From NCBI GenBank assembly GCA_004431415.1, contig QPMI01000350.1, positions 1 through 45,405 of the forward strand: DNA of 45,405 nucleotides, written 5' to 3'. This stretch comes from Cyanophora paradoxa CCMP329 (Eukaryota > Plantae > Glaucophyta). This document shows positions 10,188 through 20,635 of the stretch, one piece after another (the stretch's first letter is position 1; every line of letters begins with the position of its first letter). A program made the position numbers and the translations under genes. The notes under the pieces are model-generated. The model was not told where the DNA came from. It saw only the letters and a program-made list of their open reading frames with translations, and did no database searches.

Positions 10188-12410
10188 ATGGGCGGCGACG
10201 CGGGCGAGCGGGACCTGACGGCAATGCTCCCAGACGAGTTGAAGGTCGAGATCCTCCGGGGACTTAGTCCCGTCGACGTCTGCAGAATTTCCCAAGTGCG
10301 CCCGCCCGCCTGCCCGCCTTAGTCCCGCCCGACGTCTGCAGAGTCTCCCAAGTGCGGCCGCCGCGGCCGCCCGACTCGCAAACGCTCCAGTTTATCTAAT
10401 CTACCACCACACGCAGGTTGCATCTCACTGGGTTGACGTTGCGCACGACAGGGCCCTCTGGCGCGAGTTCTGCGTCAGGGAGTATGGCTTCCTCCGGCTG
10501 GAGCGCTACTCGAACAGCGGCAATTGGTTCGAATGCTTCCGTAAGCGCGCGGAGATCAGCAAGCGCTTCGACAAGGGGGTCGTCGGCACTTTCGACGTTC
10601 ATTTTCTCAAAGGGCACGCGCAGTACGTGACCGGTGCGCCCGTCGCGTCTTGAAGGACGACGTCGACGCCCCCGCCCGGCCCGGTCCGAGGGGCGCGCGC
10701 CGGCGCAGAGGTGCTGCTGCTGGAGTCGGGCCGCGTGGCGACGGCGTCGGCCGACCACACGGCGCGCGTCTGGGACCCCGCGGACAACGAGTGCAAGCTG
10801 ACTCTCGAGGGCCACACGGGCGCCGTGACGGCGGCCGCTGAGGCGGCGGGCCGCCTCGTGACAGCCTCCGACGACTCGACTCTCCGCGTCTGGTCCCTCG
10901 CCTGTGCGCCCCGCGCCGCCCGCCCCTCCCCGCGGACCGCTGAGCCCCATCCCGGCCCCGCAGCCGGCGACTGCCTCAGCGAGGTGCGCCGCCGTCGCTG
11001 GGCGTCGCGGGGCAGGAGGCGCGTGGTGGCGGCGGCGGCTGACGCCGCGGCGGGTGCAGGTTAGGGCGCACGACGGGCCGGTGACGGCCCTCGCCGCAGT
11101 CGGCTCGTCGGTCTTCTCGGCGGGCACGGACCGCTTCGTGAAGCACTGGTCGCTGCCGGCGGCCGGCGCCCCGGCGACGCGACTCTCCTGCAGGCCCGCC
11201 GCCCCGCCCCGCCCGCCCCGCCCCGCGCGCTGTGCGGCGCCGCCGAGGCCCGGGCGCCGCGGCAGGTCTTCACGGGCCACCGGCGCCCCGTGGCGTGCGT
11301 GGCGCCCCTGCGCGGCGTCGCGTCGGGCTCCGTCCGCGCCCTCGCCGCCGGCGATGAGGCGCGCCCCCGGCCGGCTTCCCGTGCCCCCGCGGCGCCTCAC
11401 GGGCGGGCGCAGGCGGGGAGGTGGTGCTCTGGGACGTCCGCCAGGACATCTCATTCCGCGGCGTCCAGGGTGCCCCGCCCCGACCCGCCCCGGCCCCTGC
11501 GCCCCGACCGCCGCCCCTCCGGCCGAGCGCGGGCGCCGGGGCAGGGCGGCGGCTGGGGGCGCTGGCGGGCCCCACGGGGGCGGTGACGCACGCCGTGCAC
11601 CTCCCCTCCGCGGACCGCCTCCTCGCCGCCTCCGCCGACCGCTCCCTCTGGCGCCCGCCCCGCCCCGCCCGCCCCCTCCCCTCCCTCCCCTCACCGCCCC
11701 GCGCGCAGGCTGTGGGACGTGGCAACGGGCCAGCGCGTGACGAGCTGCGGGGGCCCCGGGGCGCCGCTGCCGGGCGTGACGTGCCTGGAGTGGGACGGGC
11801 AGCCGGCCTGCGACCGCGCCTACTCCGCCCACGAGGACGGCTCTGTCCGCGCGGTCCGCCTCGCCTCCTCGCCCCGCGCGCCGCCCTGAGCCCCGGCGCA
11901 GTGGGACCTGCGCGCCCGCGCCCCCGAGGCCGGCCGCACCCTCGCCACGCACGCCGGCGGGCCCGCGCACGCCCTCCAGGCGACCTCACCCCCGCGAGGC
12001 CAACCGCCCTGCCCCTGACGCGCCGGCAGGTGGACGGGTACAAGGCGGTCTCGGGCGGGGCGGACAACTTCATCCGCGTCTTCGACCTCCGCGCCGGCGC
12101 CCAGCGCTACGGCCTCCAGGTCGGCGCCCCAGCGCCCCGACCTCCCCGCCCCGCGCCCTCAGCTCGCCTCGCCCGGCGCGCGTGCGCAGGGCGGCTCGCT
12201 GCAGCAGCGGCGGCGGCCCGGCGGGGGCGGGGCCGGCCCGCACCCGACGAAGCAAGGCGTGACGGCGGTCCGCTTCGACGCCTGCCGCATCGTCGCTGCC
12301 ATCGGCCCGTGCGCACCGCGCGCCTGCACAGCCCCGGCCCGCTTTCGCGAGCCGACCGCTGACCCTCCGGCGCGCGCAGCGTGGTCAACAACTACTCCTT
12401 CGACGGCTAG
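10188..12410 (+). CDS. F-box/WD40-repeat protein (SCF substrate receptor)
   Basis: F-box MLPDELKVEILRGLSPVDVCRISQ|VASHWVDVAHDRALWREFC followed by WD repeats (LKGHAQYVT, ATASADHTARVWD, LEGHTGAVT..TASDDSTLRVWS, AVSGGADNFIRVFD); TAG 12408-12410. Confidence 0.88.
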
Positions 12411-12776
12411 CGCCGCCTCCCCTCCGCGGCTGCCAGCTGGCTGAGCGCAACCGTGAAGTATGCATTCAGTGTACAGTCAGATCTCTGAAAACCTAATCTT
12501 TGCAACAATCGTAATCTCTTTACCAATGAAAATCTGTAAGACGGCGCACGAATCGGGAACAGGAGCAAATACACAGCGAACTGAATCGGCTAGAACTTCG
12601 GAACCTAACCATCTAACTGCAAGATGCAAGCACAAAGCGGCAAGAAAGGTTGCCGAAGGCTCCAGCCGGCCGGCACAGGCCGGGCCGAGGGGAGGCTCGT
12701 CGGGCGCCCGGTGAGGGCTGGCCATGGGGCGGAGCTCGAGCGGGGTCACGTGTGGGCGGCCATGGGGCCTCGGGGG

Positions 12777-14269
12777 TCACGCGTGGGCGACCTCCAGGCG
12801 GGACCCCGTGGAGGAGGGGTCGGAGATACAGGGGCTCGTCAGCGCGTTCCCGCTCAGCCCCTCCGGGCACTGCTACCCACCGCCGCGCGTCACGGGCGAG
12901 CCGGGAGAGGGCGGCGCGGCGCGGCGGGCGGCAGGGCGCACCGAGGGGTGGATTTTGCCCGCCGACTTGATCTTTACCACGGCTGCAGTGGACGGTGAGG
13001 GGGGAGGTGCGGTCTGCCGGGCCGTGGCGCCGGGGTGCGCACCGCCGGTCTCGGCGCCCACCACCGGCACGGTGCTCAAGCCGACACGGCTGCGACGGGG
13101 GCGTCAACGCGCTCTCCCGGGGAAGGCGGGGGAGGGCTCCCCCGGGGCTCCCGCCGGGGCGCACCCGCGGCGGACGAGGACGTACGAGACGCCGGCGATG
13201 GTCACCGCCAGGGCCACCTCCGCGGAGGCCGCGATCGCCGCCACCGTCTGCCCGCCCCCCGTGAGGCCCCCGCTCGCGCGCACGAGGGACGAGGGCCAGG
13301 GGGGCCGAGGAGCACGCACGCTGATGTTGGTGGTAGCGGCGGGCTGCGCGGCAGCAGCGGCGGCCGCCGCCTCCTCCTGCTGCGCGCCCTTCGCCACCTG
13401 CGCCGCCGGCTCAGCGCCCGACGCTTCGAGGGGCGAACAACTGCGCCGAAAGCACCTCGGCGCCCGTCTGGGACGAGCCAGCGGCGGCGGAGGAGGTCTC
13501 GGAGCTGGCGCTCGCACCGTAGGCGCTGGCGGTCGAAGAGCCGGTGGCGCCGGCGGCGGCGCTGGCCCCCGCGGGGAGGGCCGCAGCGCCGCGCGACCCG
13601 CTGCCGCCCGCACCGGCTGGTGGCGGTGGACCTCCCGTCGCGTTGGCGGGCGGCGGCAATCCCCCAGCCCCGTTTGGTGGCGGTGGCCGACTTCCTTCGC
13701 TGCTCCCTGACGGCGGGGGCGGCGGACCACCTGGGCTGCTGCCCAACGAAGGGGGCGGGGGCTGATCGGCTGTGCTGCTGCCGGAGGGGGGCGGCGGCTG
13801 ATCGCCTGTGCCGCTGCCGGGCGGGGGCGGCGGCTGATCGCCTGTGCTGTTCAATGAGGGCGGCGGCGGCTGATCGCCTGTGCCGCTGCCCGACGGCGGG
13901 GGCGGCGGCTGATCGCCTGTGCTGCTGCCGGGCGGGGGCGGCGGCGGACTCCCGGTCGCGTTGCCCGGCGGCGGGGGCGGGGGCCCGCTCGAGGTCGTCG
14001 TCGCGTTTGGCGCCGTCGCGTTCGGCGCCTGCGTCGGCTGCGGCGGTGGCGGGGCCGAGCCGTCAAGCGGCGGCGGCGGGGGCCCTGTGCCGCATGCGCC
14101 TCGTTAGTTGAGAAAGGGCACAACGTTTAATTTCACGCAGCGCACCATCGGTCGGGGGCGGGGGAGGCGCAGTCCCCCCAGGAGGGGGCGGCGGGGGCGC
14201 CTGAATCACCGCTATCTGAATTGCGAAAAGCGCCAGCAGAGCGTACGGGCCTACGCCCAGGGATGGCAT
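12777..14269 (-). CDS. Proline-rich (extensin/mucin-like) predicted type-I membrane glycoprotein
   Basis: Signal-peptide-like MPSLGVGPYALLALFAIQIAVIQA, then PPPPP/GDQPPPPPGS repeats with NAT/NST sequons, a Ser/Ala-rich stalk, hydrophobic TVAAIAASAEVALAVTIAGVSYVLV followed by RR, and a short tail; GT-AG introns join in frame to TGA at 12777. Confidence 0.7.
13750..13950 (-). repeat. Coding tandem repeat, about 5 units of 36-39 nt (TGDQPPPPPGS[SG])
   Basis: Recurrent ggcggcggctgatcgcctgtgc[ct]gctgcc on the + strand. Confidence 0.9.
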
Positions 14270-15060
14270 AGATCTATAGATAGGAGAGATATATACGCCC
14301 CACGGAGAATTAAGGACGAGATCCCCTTGTTCCGTATTCGGATCCCCAGTGACAACGTACCGCGCAGGCTTCCCCCCGCGGGCACCTTCCGCCCGCGGGG
14401 GGCCGTCGCCTCCCGATCCACCGGTGCTGCAATCTTCGGCACTGCATCAAGCTGCCGGGGGGGGCGTACTCCCTCCCTCAAGGGGGCCTTTCCGTGCTCG
14501 GCCGACCGAAGCCGCTCCGGCGGTGGATGGCGGGCTGGGCGCCCCTCGTGGTCCAATCCCACGAACTGGAGCCCCAAAGTTGAGATCCGTCTAGCTTGTA
14601 GACGTTCTGTCTGCGGCCTGCATGTTTCTCGAAGTACAGGGATGGCATCATCGAAGGTGCGCCATCGATTCGAAGTGACGAGATGGCGATGTGAATGTTG
14701 CCACCAAAGCTGGGGCCTGCCCGCGAATGTCTGGGCTATGCGCAGCACCGTGACGCCATGCCAACTGCGACCTGCAGAACGCTGCAGCCTGTTGTGATCA
14801 TCCGAAAGAATTTGCGCGTCGAATAATTTACTACTGGAAGCAGCCCGGCTGGAGACGAACGGCCGGCGCGGCGGCGCCGTTTGCCGAGCTGGCCCGCCGC
14901 GGATTCAAGGGACGTCTTAGAGTAAAGTAGATGCGCGGCCTTGTAGTTGTGTTTGTTCAGTGCAGAGCTAAGGATCGGAGCTAAGTTGTTTGATGCACCT
15001 GTACTCCCCTTCAAATTCTATCCCCCTCTGCCGCTGTCTCTGATCATCGAGTCGAGCGGC

Positions 15061-17305
15061 ATGGCGTCGACGTCGTTCGTCGCAACCTTGATCTGGCCGT
15101 GCGAATATTCAGCAGTATGCACAGCCCCGACCGCACCGACATCTCGGCTGAGCAGCTGCTCTCCGCTGTCGTTAGCTAGCGCGGCGCTGCCAGCGTTCCA
15201 ACCCGCCGCACGTTGCGGTCCTAGTCTACGACTTGGCCGCACCCGGTCCTTCGCCGTTCACCCGATCCGTCGACTAGCGCCAATCGTACGCGGCCGGCCG
15301 GGTTCGTACGCGAGTGTGAACGTCAACTGCGGAGGGGCGCATGGAAGCGCAGGCTTTAAGCAGCGCAAGCGGCTGCCACCGGAGAAGCCCAGCTGCTCCG
15401 CCAGCGGGCGGTGGGGCGCCAGCTGCATCAAAGCGGTCCTAGTGTTCCTCCGCAGCGTGCTGGGACGGTTAGCCCGTGCCGCTACGCTGGTGGTCCTCGC
15501 CGTCGCGCTGTCGCTGCGCGCTCCGTGCGCCGCGTATGGAAGCCAGCTCGCCACAGTGCCGAGGTCAGCCCCGGCCGCGGAGCCGCTGCAGGAGGCCGCG
15601 CCCCGGGTGCAGGATACGCACGGCGCGCTCCGCTTGAACGCGGAGGAGACTCCGAATCCCGCACGGCAGTGGCGCGCGTGCAAGCGCCCCCGGAGGTCTG
15701 CCCTCTCCCCGATCCGTCGCCCGGCCCCGCGGCCCCCGGGCGACGCGAGCGCGGGCGCAGGTCGTGCGTGTGCAACGCAGACGGCGTGCTGTCGGAGGAC
15801 GCGGCGGAGAGGCTCGAGGCCATCGCCCGCCAACTCGAGCAGGAGCGGGGCCACCAGGTCCGGCTCCTCCCCATCGAGCTCCGCCCCCCCCCCCCCCCCT
15901 CCCCTCCCCCCCCCCCCCCCCCCCCCCCCCCTCCCCCCGCGCGCGCGGCCGGGCACGGCGCGGCCGACGCTTCACTGCAGATCGGGTACGCGGTCGTGAG
16001 GGCCATCGGCGCGTCGGGGGAGCGGGCGACGGCGGAGGAGGCCGCGCGGGCGGCCAGGCGCCTCCACGACCGGTGCGCGGCGCCGGGCCGGGCCGAGCTC
16101 GCGGGCCGGGCGACGGCGGGCGGGGCCAGGTGGGGGGTGGGGCACGCCGGCAAGGGGGACGGCGTGCTCGTTCTCTTCAGCGCCGAGGACCGCCGCGTGC
16201 ACATCTCCACGGGCGCGGCCCGCCCCCGCCCTTGCCCGCCCCCTGCCCCTCACCCGCTGCAGGTGCGGCAGTACGGCGGGAGCTCTCGGACCAGCAGTGC
16301 GCCTGGATCGTCGAGTCGGCGCGGCCGCTGCTGCGAGCCGGCGACCACGGAGCCGCCCTCGTCCACATCGGTCCGCCTCTGCTCGCCTCCCGCCGGCCGC
16401 CCCGCCCCGCCCCGCGGCCGCCGAGCCGGCCTCGCAGCGGAAGGGATCCAGCGGCGGCTGTGCCCGAGCAGCGCGGGGGCGCAGCGGGGAAGCCGCTCGG
16501 GCCCGCTGGTCGTCGCGGCGGCGGTCACGGCGCTGCTGGCCTCGCGGTACGCCGGGGCGCGGCGGAAGGGGCGGGAGCAGGAGGCGAGGGCGGCGCTGCG
16601 GGAGCTGCGGCGCCTGCGGGGGGAGCCCGGCCACACGGGCGCCCTCTGCGCCCTCTGCTTCGAGGCGGCGGGGCGGCACTCCGACGGGCTCCTCCCCTGC
16701 GGCCACAACTTCCACCCCCGCTGCCTCGCGCAGGGCGGCCACAGCGCCGCCTGCCCCGTCTGCGGCGCGCCGACCGCCCCTGGCGCCCCCGCCGCCGCCC
16801 GCTGGGTTCCGCTCACGGGGGCGCACGGCCTGCCCCGCGGGGCCGCCCGCCGCGCCGCCGCCGCCGTCGCGACGGACGAGTACCTGAGGGCGGCCGCCCG
16901 CCGGCTCGGCAGGCGGTACGCGGCGGTGCTACCGGCGCCCGGGGAGCCGTCGGCCTGGGAGGAGGCGGTCACGCGCTACGTTCTCGCCGAAGCGAGAGAT
17001 GCGGACGAGGAGGAGGCCGCGTTCGGCGCCTGGCGCTGGGCCCGGGGGAGACGGCGGCGGCGCGGCTTCTACCAGTGGATGGCCCCGCACAGCTACACGT
17101 ACAACCCGCGCCGTGCGCCCCGGCCGCTCTCCTGAGTCTGCCGCGCCGCGTGGGGCGTGACGCACCCGCAGGGTGGGGCGGGAGCCCCTCGCCGAGCCCC
17201 TCGCCCGACGAGTCGAAGCGCAGCAGCAGCAGCGGCTGGAGCGACTTCGGCGGCTTCGGCGGCGGCTCGAGCAGCGGCGGCGGCGGCGGCGGCGGCGACT
17301 GGTGA
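15061..17305 (+). CDS. TPM (MOLO1/TLP18.3/YgcG-like) domain + TM + RING-H2 finger + Gly-rich tail, with organellar-type presequence
   Basis: PNPARQWRACKRPR|RSCVCNADGVLS...WGVGHAGKGDGVLVLFSAEDRRVHISTG (TPM); GPLVVAAAVTALLA (TM-like); CALC-x13-CGHNFHPRC-x8-CPVC (16647-16763, RING-H2); C-terminal DFGGFGGGSSSGGGGGGGDW typical of YgcG-like proteins. Confidence 0.85.
15884..15937 (+). repeat. Interrupted poly-C tract (about 54 nt) within an intron of the TPM gene
   Basis: Directly visible. Confidence 0.9.
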
Positions 17306-17398
17306 CCCCGCAGCGCGCCTCGGCGCTGCAGGCTCGCCCTCTATTTGCACACAATGCAGAGTCGCGCTCCAAACGGGCGGGCAGTGCGTGGGCCGAGG

Positions 17399-18720
17399 TC
17401 AGGCGGGCCCGGCGAGGCGGCGGAGGAGGGCGGCGAGGGCGGCCCCCGAGGCGGACGTGGGGGCGCGCATCGCCCACGCCGGCGCGGGGGCCTCCCCGGG
17501 GACCTCCTCGAGGGCCCCGGCCCGGGGCGAGCCCGCCTCCGCGACGCTCCGGAAGCGGCCGGGGCGCCAGGCCGCGAGGGAGGGCTCCAGCAGCGCCCCC
17601 GCCGCGCTCGGGTCGTAGAGCATTCCTGCGCGCCCGGCGGCGGGGTCAGAGCAGGCGGGCCGGGGAGCGCCGGGCGGGGCGCCTCACCGTCCTGTCCCCC
17701 GCACAGAGCGCGGAGCCCTGCGGGCGGGTCGAAAGGGGTACAATTTGAGGCGATGGAGGCACACGCACCCTCGGTGATGAAGCGGCCCGGGGCGCGAGCA
17801 GAGGGCGGGACGGGCGAGGCGGGGAGGGGCGCGAGGGCGGGGTCCGAGCAGGGAAGCGCCGCGTCCGCGAGGTAGAGGGAAAGGGGGGCGGCGACGGGGG
17901 CGGCGAGCACGGAGGCGGCAGCCGCCGGGTCCACCCAGAAGTTCCACTCGCTGGCGTTGTTGGGGAAGGGGGCCGCCCCCTGCGGCGCCGGGCCCATAGC
18001 CCCGCCCATCACCAGCACGCCCGCGAGGGCCGAGGAGGACGCCGCGGGGGAGGCAAGCGACAGGGCCGCCGCGACGTTCGTAAGGGGCCCCAGGCAGAGG
18101 AGAAAGAGGGATCCCGGGCCTGCGGGCGGGGCCGCCAGTAGCGCCGCCAGCGCCGCCTGCGCCCCCGGCTGCGGCGCCCGCGCGGGGGCGCCCGGCCCGA
18201 AGGAGAAGCCGGCAGCAGCGTCCGCGTCGGCTCGCCACGCGGCGGGGAAGGCGTGGCCCGCCGCGCCCCTCTCCTCGCCGAAGAACACGGGAACGTCTGC
18301 GCGGCCCGCCTGTCTCGAGCTCAGCGCGGGGCCGTGGGCGCGCGCATTCGAGCTCGAGCACCGCACCTTCTCAAGGAGCTTGGCCACGTTCGAGGCGCCC
18401 GCTTGTACGTGCGCCAACCCGTCCACGATTGACACGGCGTGCAGCTTAAGCGGTCGCCCCCCGAGCGCAGACACACCAGCCGCCTCGGCAGAGAGGACCA
18501 TCGCCAGCGCCGTCAGATCATCGATGCCGGCGTCCGTATCCACGACAACGTAAAGTGGCTGAGGGGCAGGCGCCGGCGCGCCCGGCGTTCGAGTCGCCGC
18601 GACAGCCACAGCCACAACCATCGCGGCCGCGGTGACGAGGGCGCACGCGAGCGCGGCGCGCCGCCAGGAGCGTTGGCGGACGGCGCCGGGCTCGTGCAGC
18701 TCGCCGCGAGCGAGCTGCAT
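17399..18720 (-). CDS. Inosine-uridine-preferring nucleoside hydrolase family protein with N-terminal signal anchor
   Basis: VVVDTDAGIDD Ca-binding motif, LCLGPLTNVAAAL, VLVMGGA, SEWNFWVDPAAA, G|MLYDP; hydrophobic AALACALVTAAAMVVAVAVAA after RR. Confidence 0.9.
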
Positions 18721-19021
18721 GCTGAGGATGCACTAGGACATTTTAGAGAGCTGCAGAGCTCCTTGAAATCAGCAGAGTCAGCAGAGTTCCTTGAATTCGC
18801 CGCTTGAGCCCGCCTGAATATCGATACCCTGGCAAGTCGGCGGCAACTCAGGCTGCGCCTGCTCAAACTCTCATCTGGACCGATGAGCGCGCCCCCAGCG
18901 TCAATTCAAGCCGATGTGAAGGTGAGCGTCGCGCACGCGCTTCAGACTCAAATTTGATCCGGTTCAAAATCGGCAGCTGCAGGAGCTCGAGCTGCAGGCA
19001 CGTTTAGCGAGGCTGGCGGAG

Positions 19022-20554
19022 ATGCGGCGCCAAAAAGAGATCTTGCGCAAGAGAAGCGCCTCGAAGCGCACTCGGAGCGAGGCCGGCTGCTCGCAAACAT
19101 GTCTGGAGGCGTCGCAGTCGCAGCAGCCACCCAGCGAGCAGCCATCGTGCGGTGAGGCGGGCGAATCGTCAGCGGTTGGGGGCGCGTGCACGGCGAGCTC
19201 TAGCCTTGTTGCATGCCTCCGCCACCCGGGCCCAGTTTTGCTCGTTCGAGCGAGCTCGAGCGCCGGCGCCGGCAGTGCGAGGGTCGCCGTGATGAGCAGG
19301 AGCGCCGTAACCGTTTGGGAGGCCGCTGACGACGCGTTCCGGCTGTGCTGTGTGATTGGCGAGCAGGCCGCGGGGAAGGTGCGCCTTCCTGCTCGTCCCT
19401 CCTTCCGCGCCCCACAGTTGACCGCACCGCCAGACCGCTTCTTTCGAAGCCTGCGACTTCGCCGACGCGTCGGGCGAATCCGTGCTCGTCGTCGGCTCCT
19501 TCTCCTCGGGTTGTTTGGAGTGCGCAACGCGAGCCCAGATTTCCAGGCTTGGCTCTGGCCTCGCGCTCACCCGCAGCGCCCCGGCCAGGCCCCGGGTGCG
19601 AGGCGGCGTCTTCAGCGTCTCCGATGGGCAGCCGTCGGTCTCGTTCCTCCCCCCCAGCGGCTCCCCCTTCACCTCCGCCCTCTTCGTGCCTCCGCACCCT
19701 TCAAGACCTGAACGTGCGCTTTCAAGACCCAAACATGCGCTACGACTTTGCTTAATGCAGGCCGCGCAGGAGTATTCCTCACGGGCCACGAGGACGGGTC
19801 CGTGTTGCGCTGGAGCCTCTCCGGGTGCCCCTGTACCCCCGTCGATCTCCCTCCGCCTACCCCTCACCGTACCCCCAGGCCTCAACCGGAGCCGCTCGAG
19901 CTCCCCGCAGCCCCGCTGACCCACGAGTCTGCCGGGAGGGCCGTGGCACCGCTGGAGCTCCCGCAGGGGTACCCCACCGACGGCGCCCGCCCGCCCGTCG
20001 TCGCCGGCGTCGCCGGTGGCCTCCGCCTCTGCTTCTGGTAGCGCGGTACCCCTCTGGCCCCGCTGCTCCCCGCCGAGGCGCGCCGCAGGGACTACGAGGC
20101 GAGCGCGCTGCTGCGGGTCGTCGCGCTGCCCCTCCGCGTGCGCCACGTCGCCCTCCTCGCGCCGCCCACCCGCCCCGACGACCCCGACGCCGAGCCGCCC
20201 CTCTTCATCGCCACCGCCGCCTCCGCCGGCCCCGGCCCCGCCGCCTCCCTCTCCGTCCTCGACGAGGAGGGCGCCCTCGTACCCGTCGCCTCCTGCCCCG
20301 GCCCGCCCTGTTCTGCCCTCGCCCTCGGCCCCCTCCGCGGCCCCGCCCCGCCGTCCCTCTTCCTCGGCCGCCCCGACGGGAGCATCGCTGCCTGGCGCCC
20401 CCACGACGCCTCCGCCCCGCCCTGCCCCGCCCCAGCCGCCGCCGCTGGCGTCACCTCCCTGTGCTGGCTGGCGGGGGGCCCGCGCTCCCGGGGCGACGCG
20501 CTCGTCGTCGGGACGGCGGATGGCTGCGTGCACGTCTTCGCGGGGGGCGCGTAG
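19022..20554 (+). CDS. Divergent WD40/beta-propeller protein (possibly PALB2-like)
   Basis: Spliced reading with blade-like ends: AVTVWE, FLTGHEDGSVLRWS, LCFW|DY, LFLGRPDGSIAAWR, LVVGTADGCVHVF; basic NLS-like N-terminus; TAG at 20552-20554. Confidence 0.65.
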
Positions 20555-20635
20555 ACGACGCGGCTGTGCAGGTGTGTGTATGTACAGGCGTGTATGGTAC
20601 AGGGGCGACGGGGCGGGGCGGGGCGGGGCGCGGGG

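Noticed and set aside
13750-13950. About 36-nt periodic repeats as a CRISPR array
   Set aside because: No unique spacers; in-frame coding repeats in a eukaryotic gene; no cas genes.
14251-14797. 165-aa and 229-aa ORFs between the Pro-rich and TPM genes
   Set aside because: Non-ATG starts, no motifs and no strong GC3 bias; more likely promoter/UTR.
18340-18360. Frequent GAGCTCGAG/CTCGAG palindromes
   Set aside because: Explained by GC content and common Glu-Leu codon pairs; no positional pattern established.
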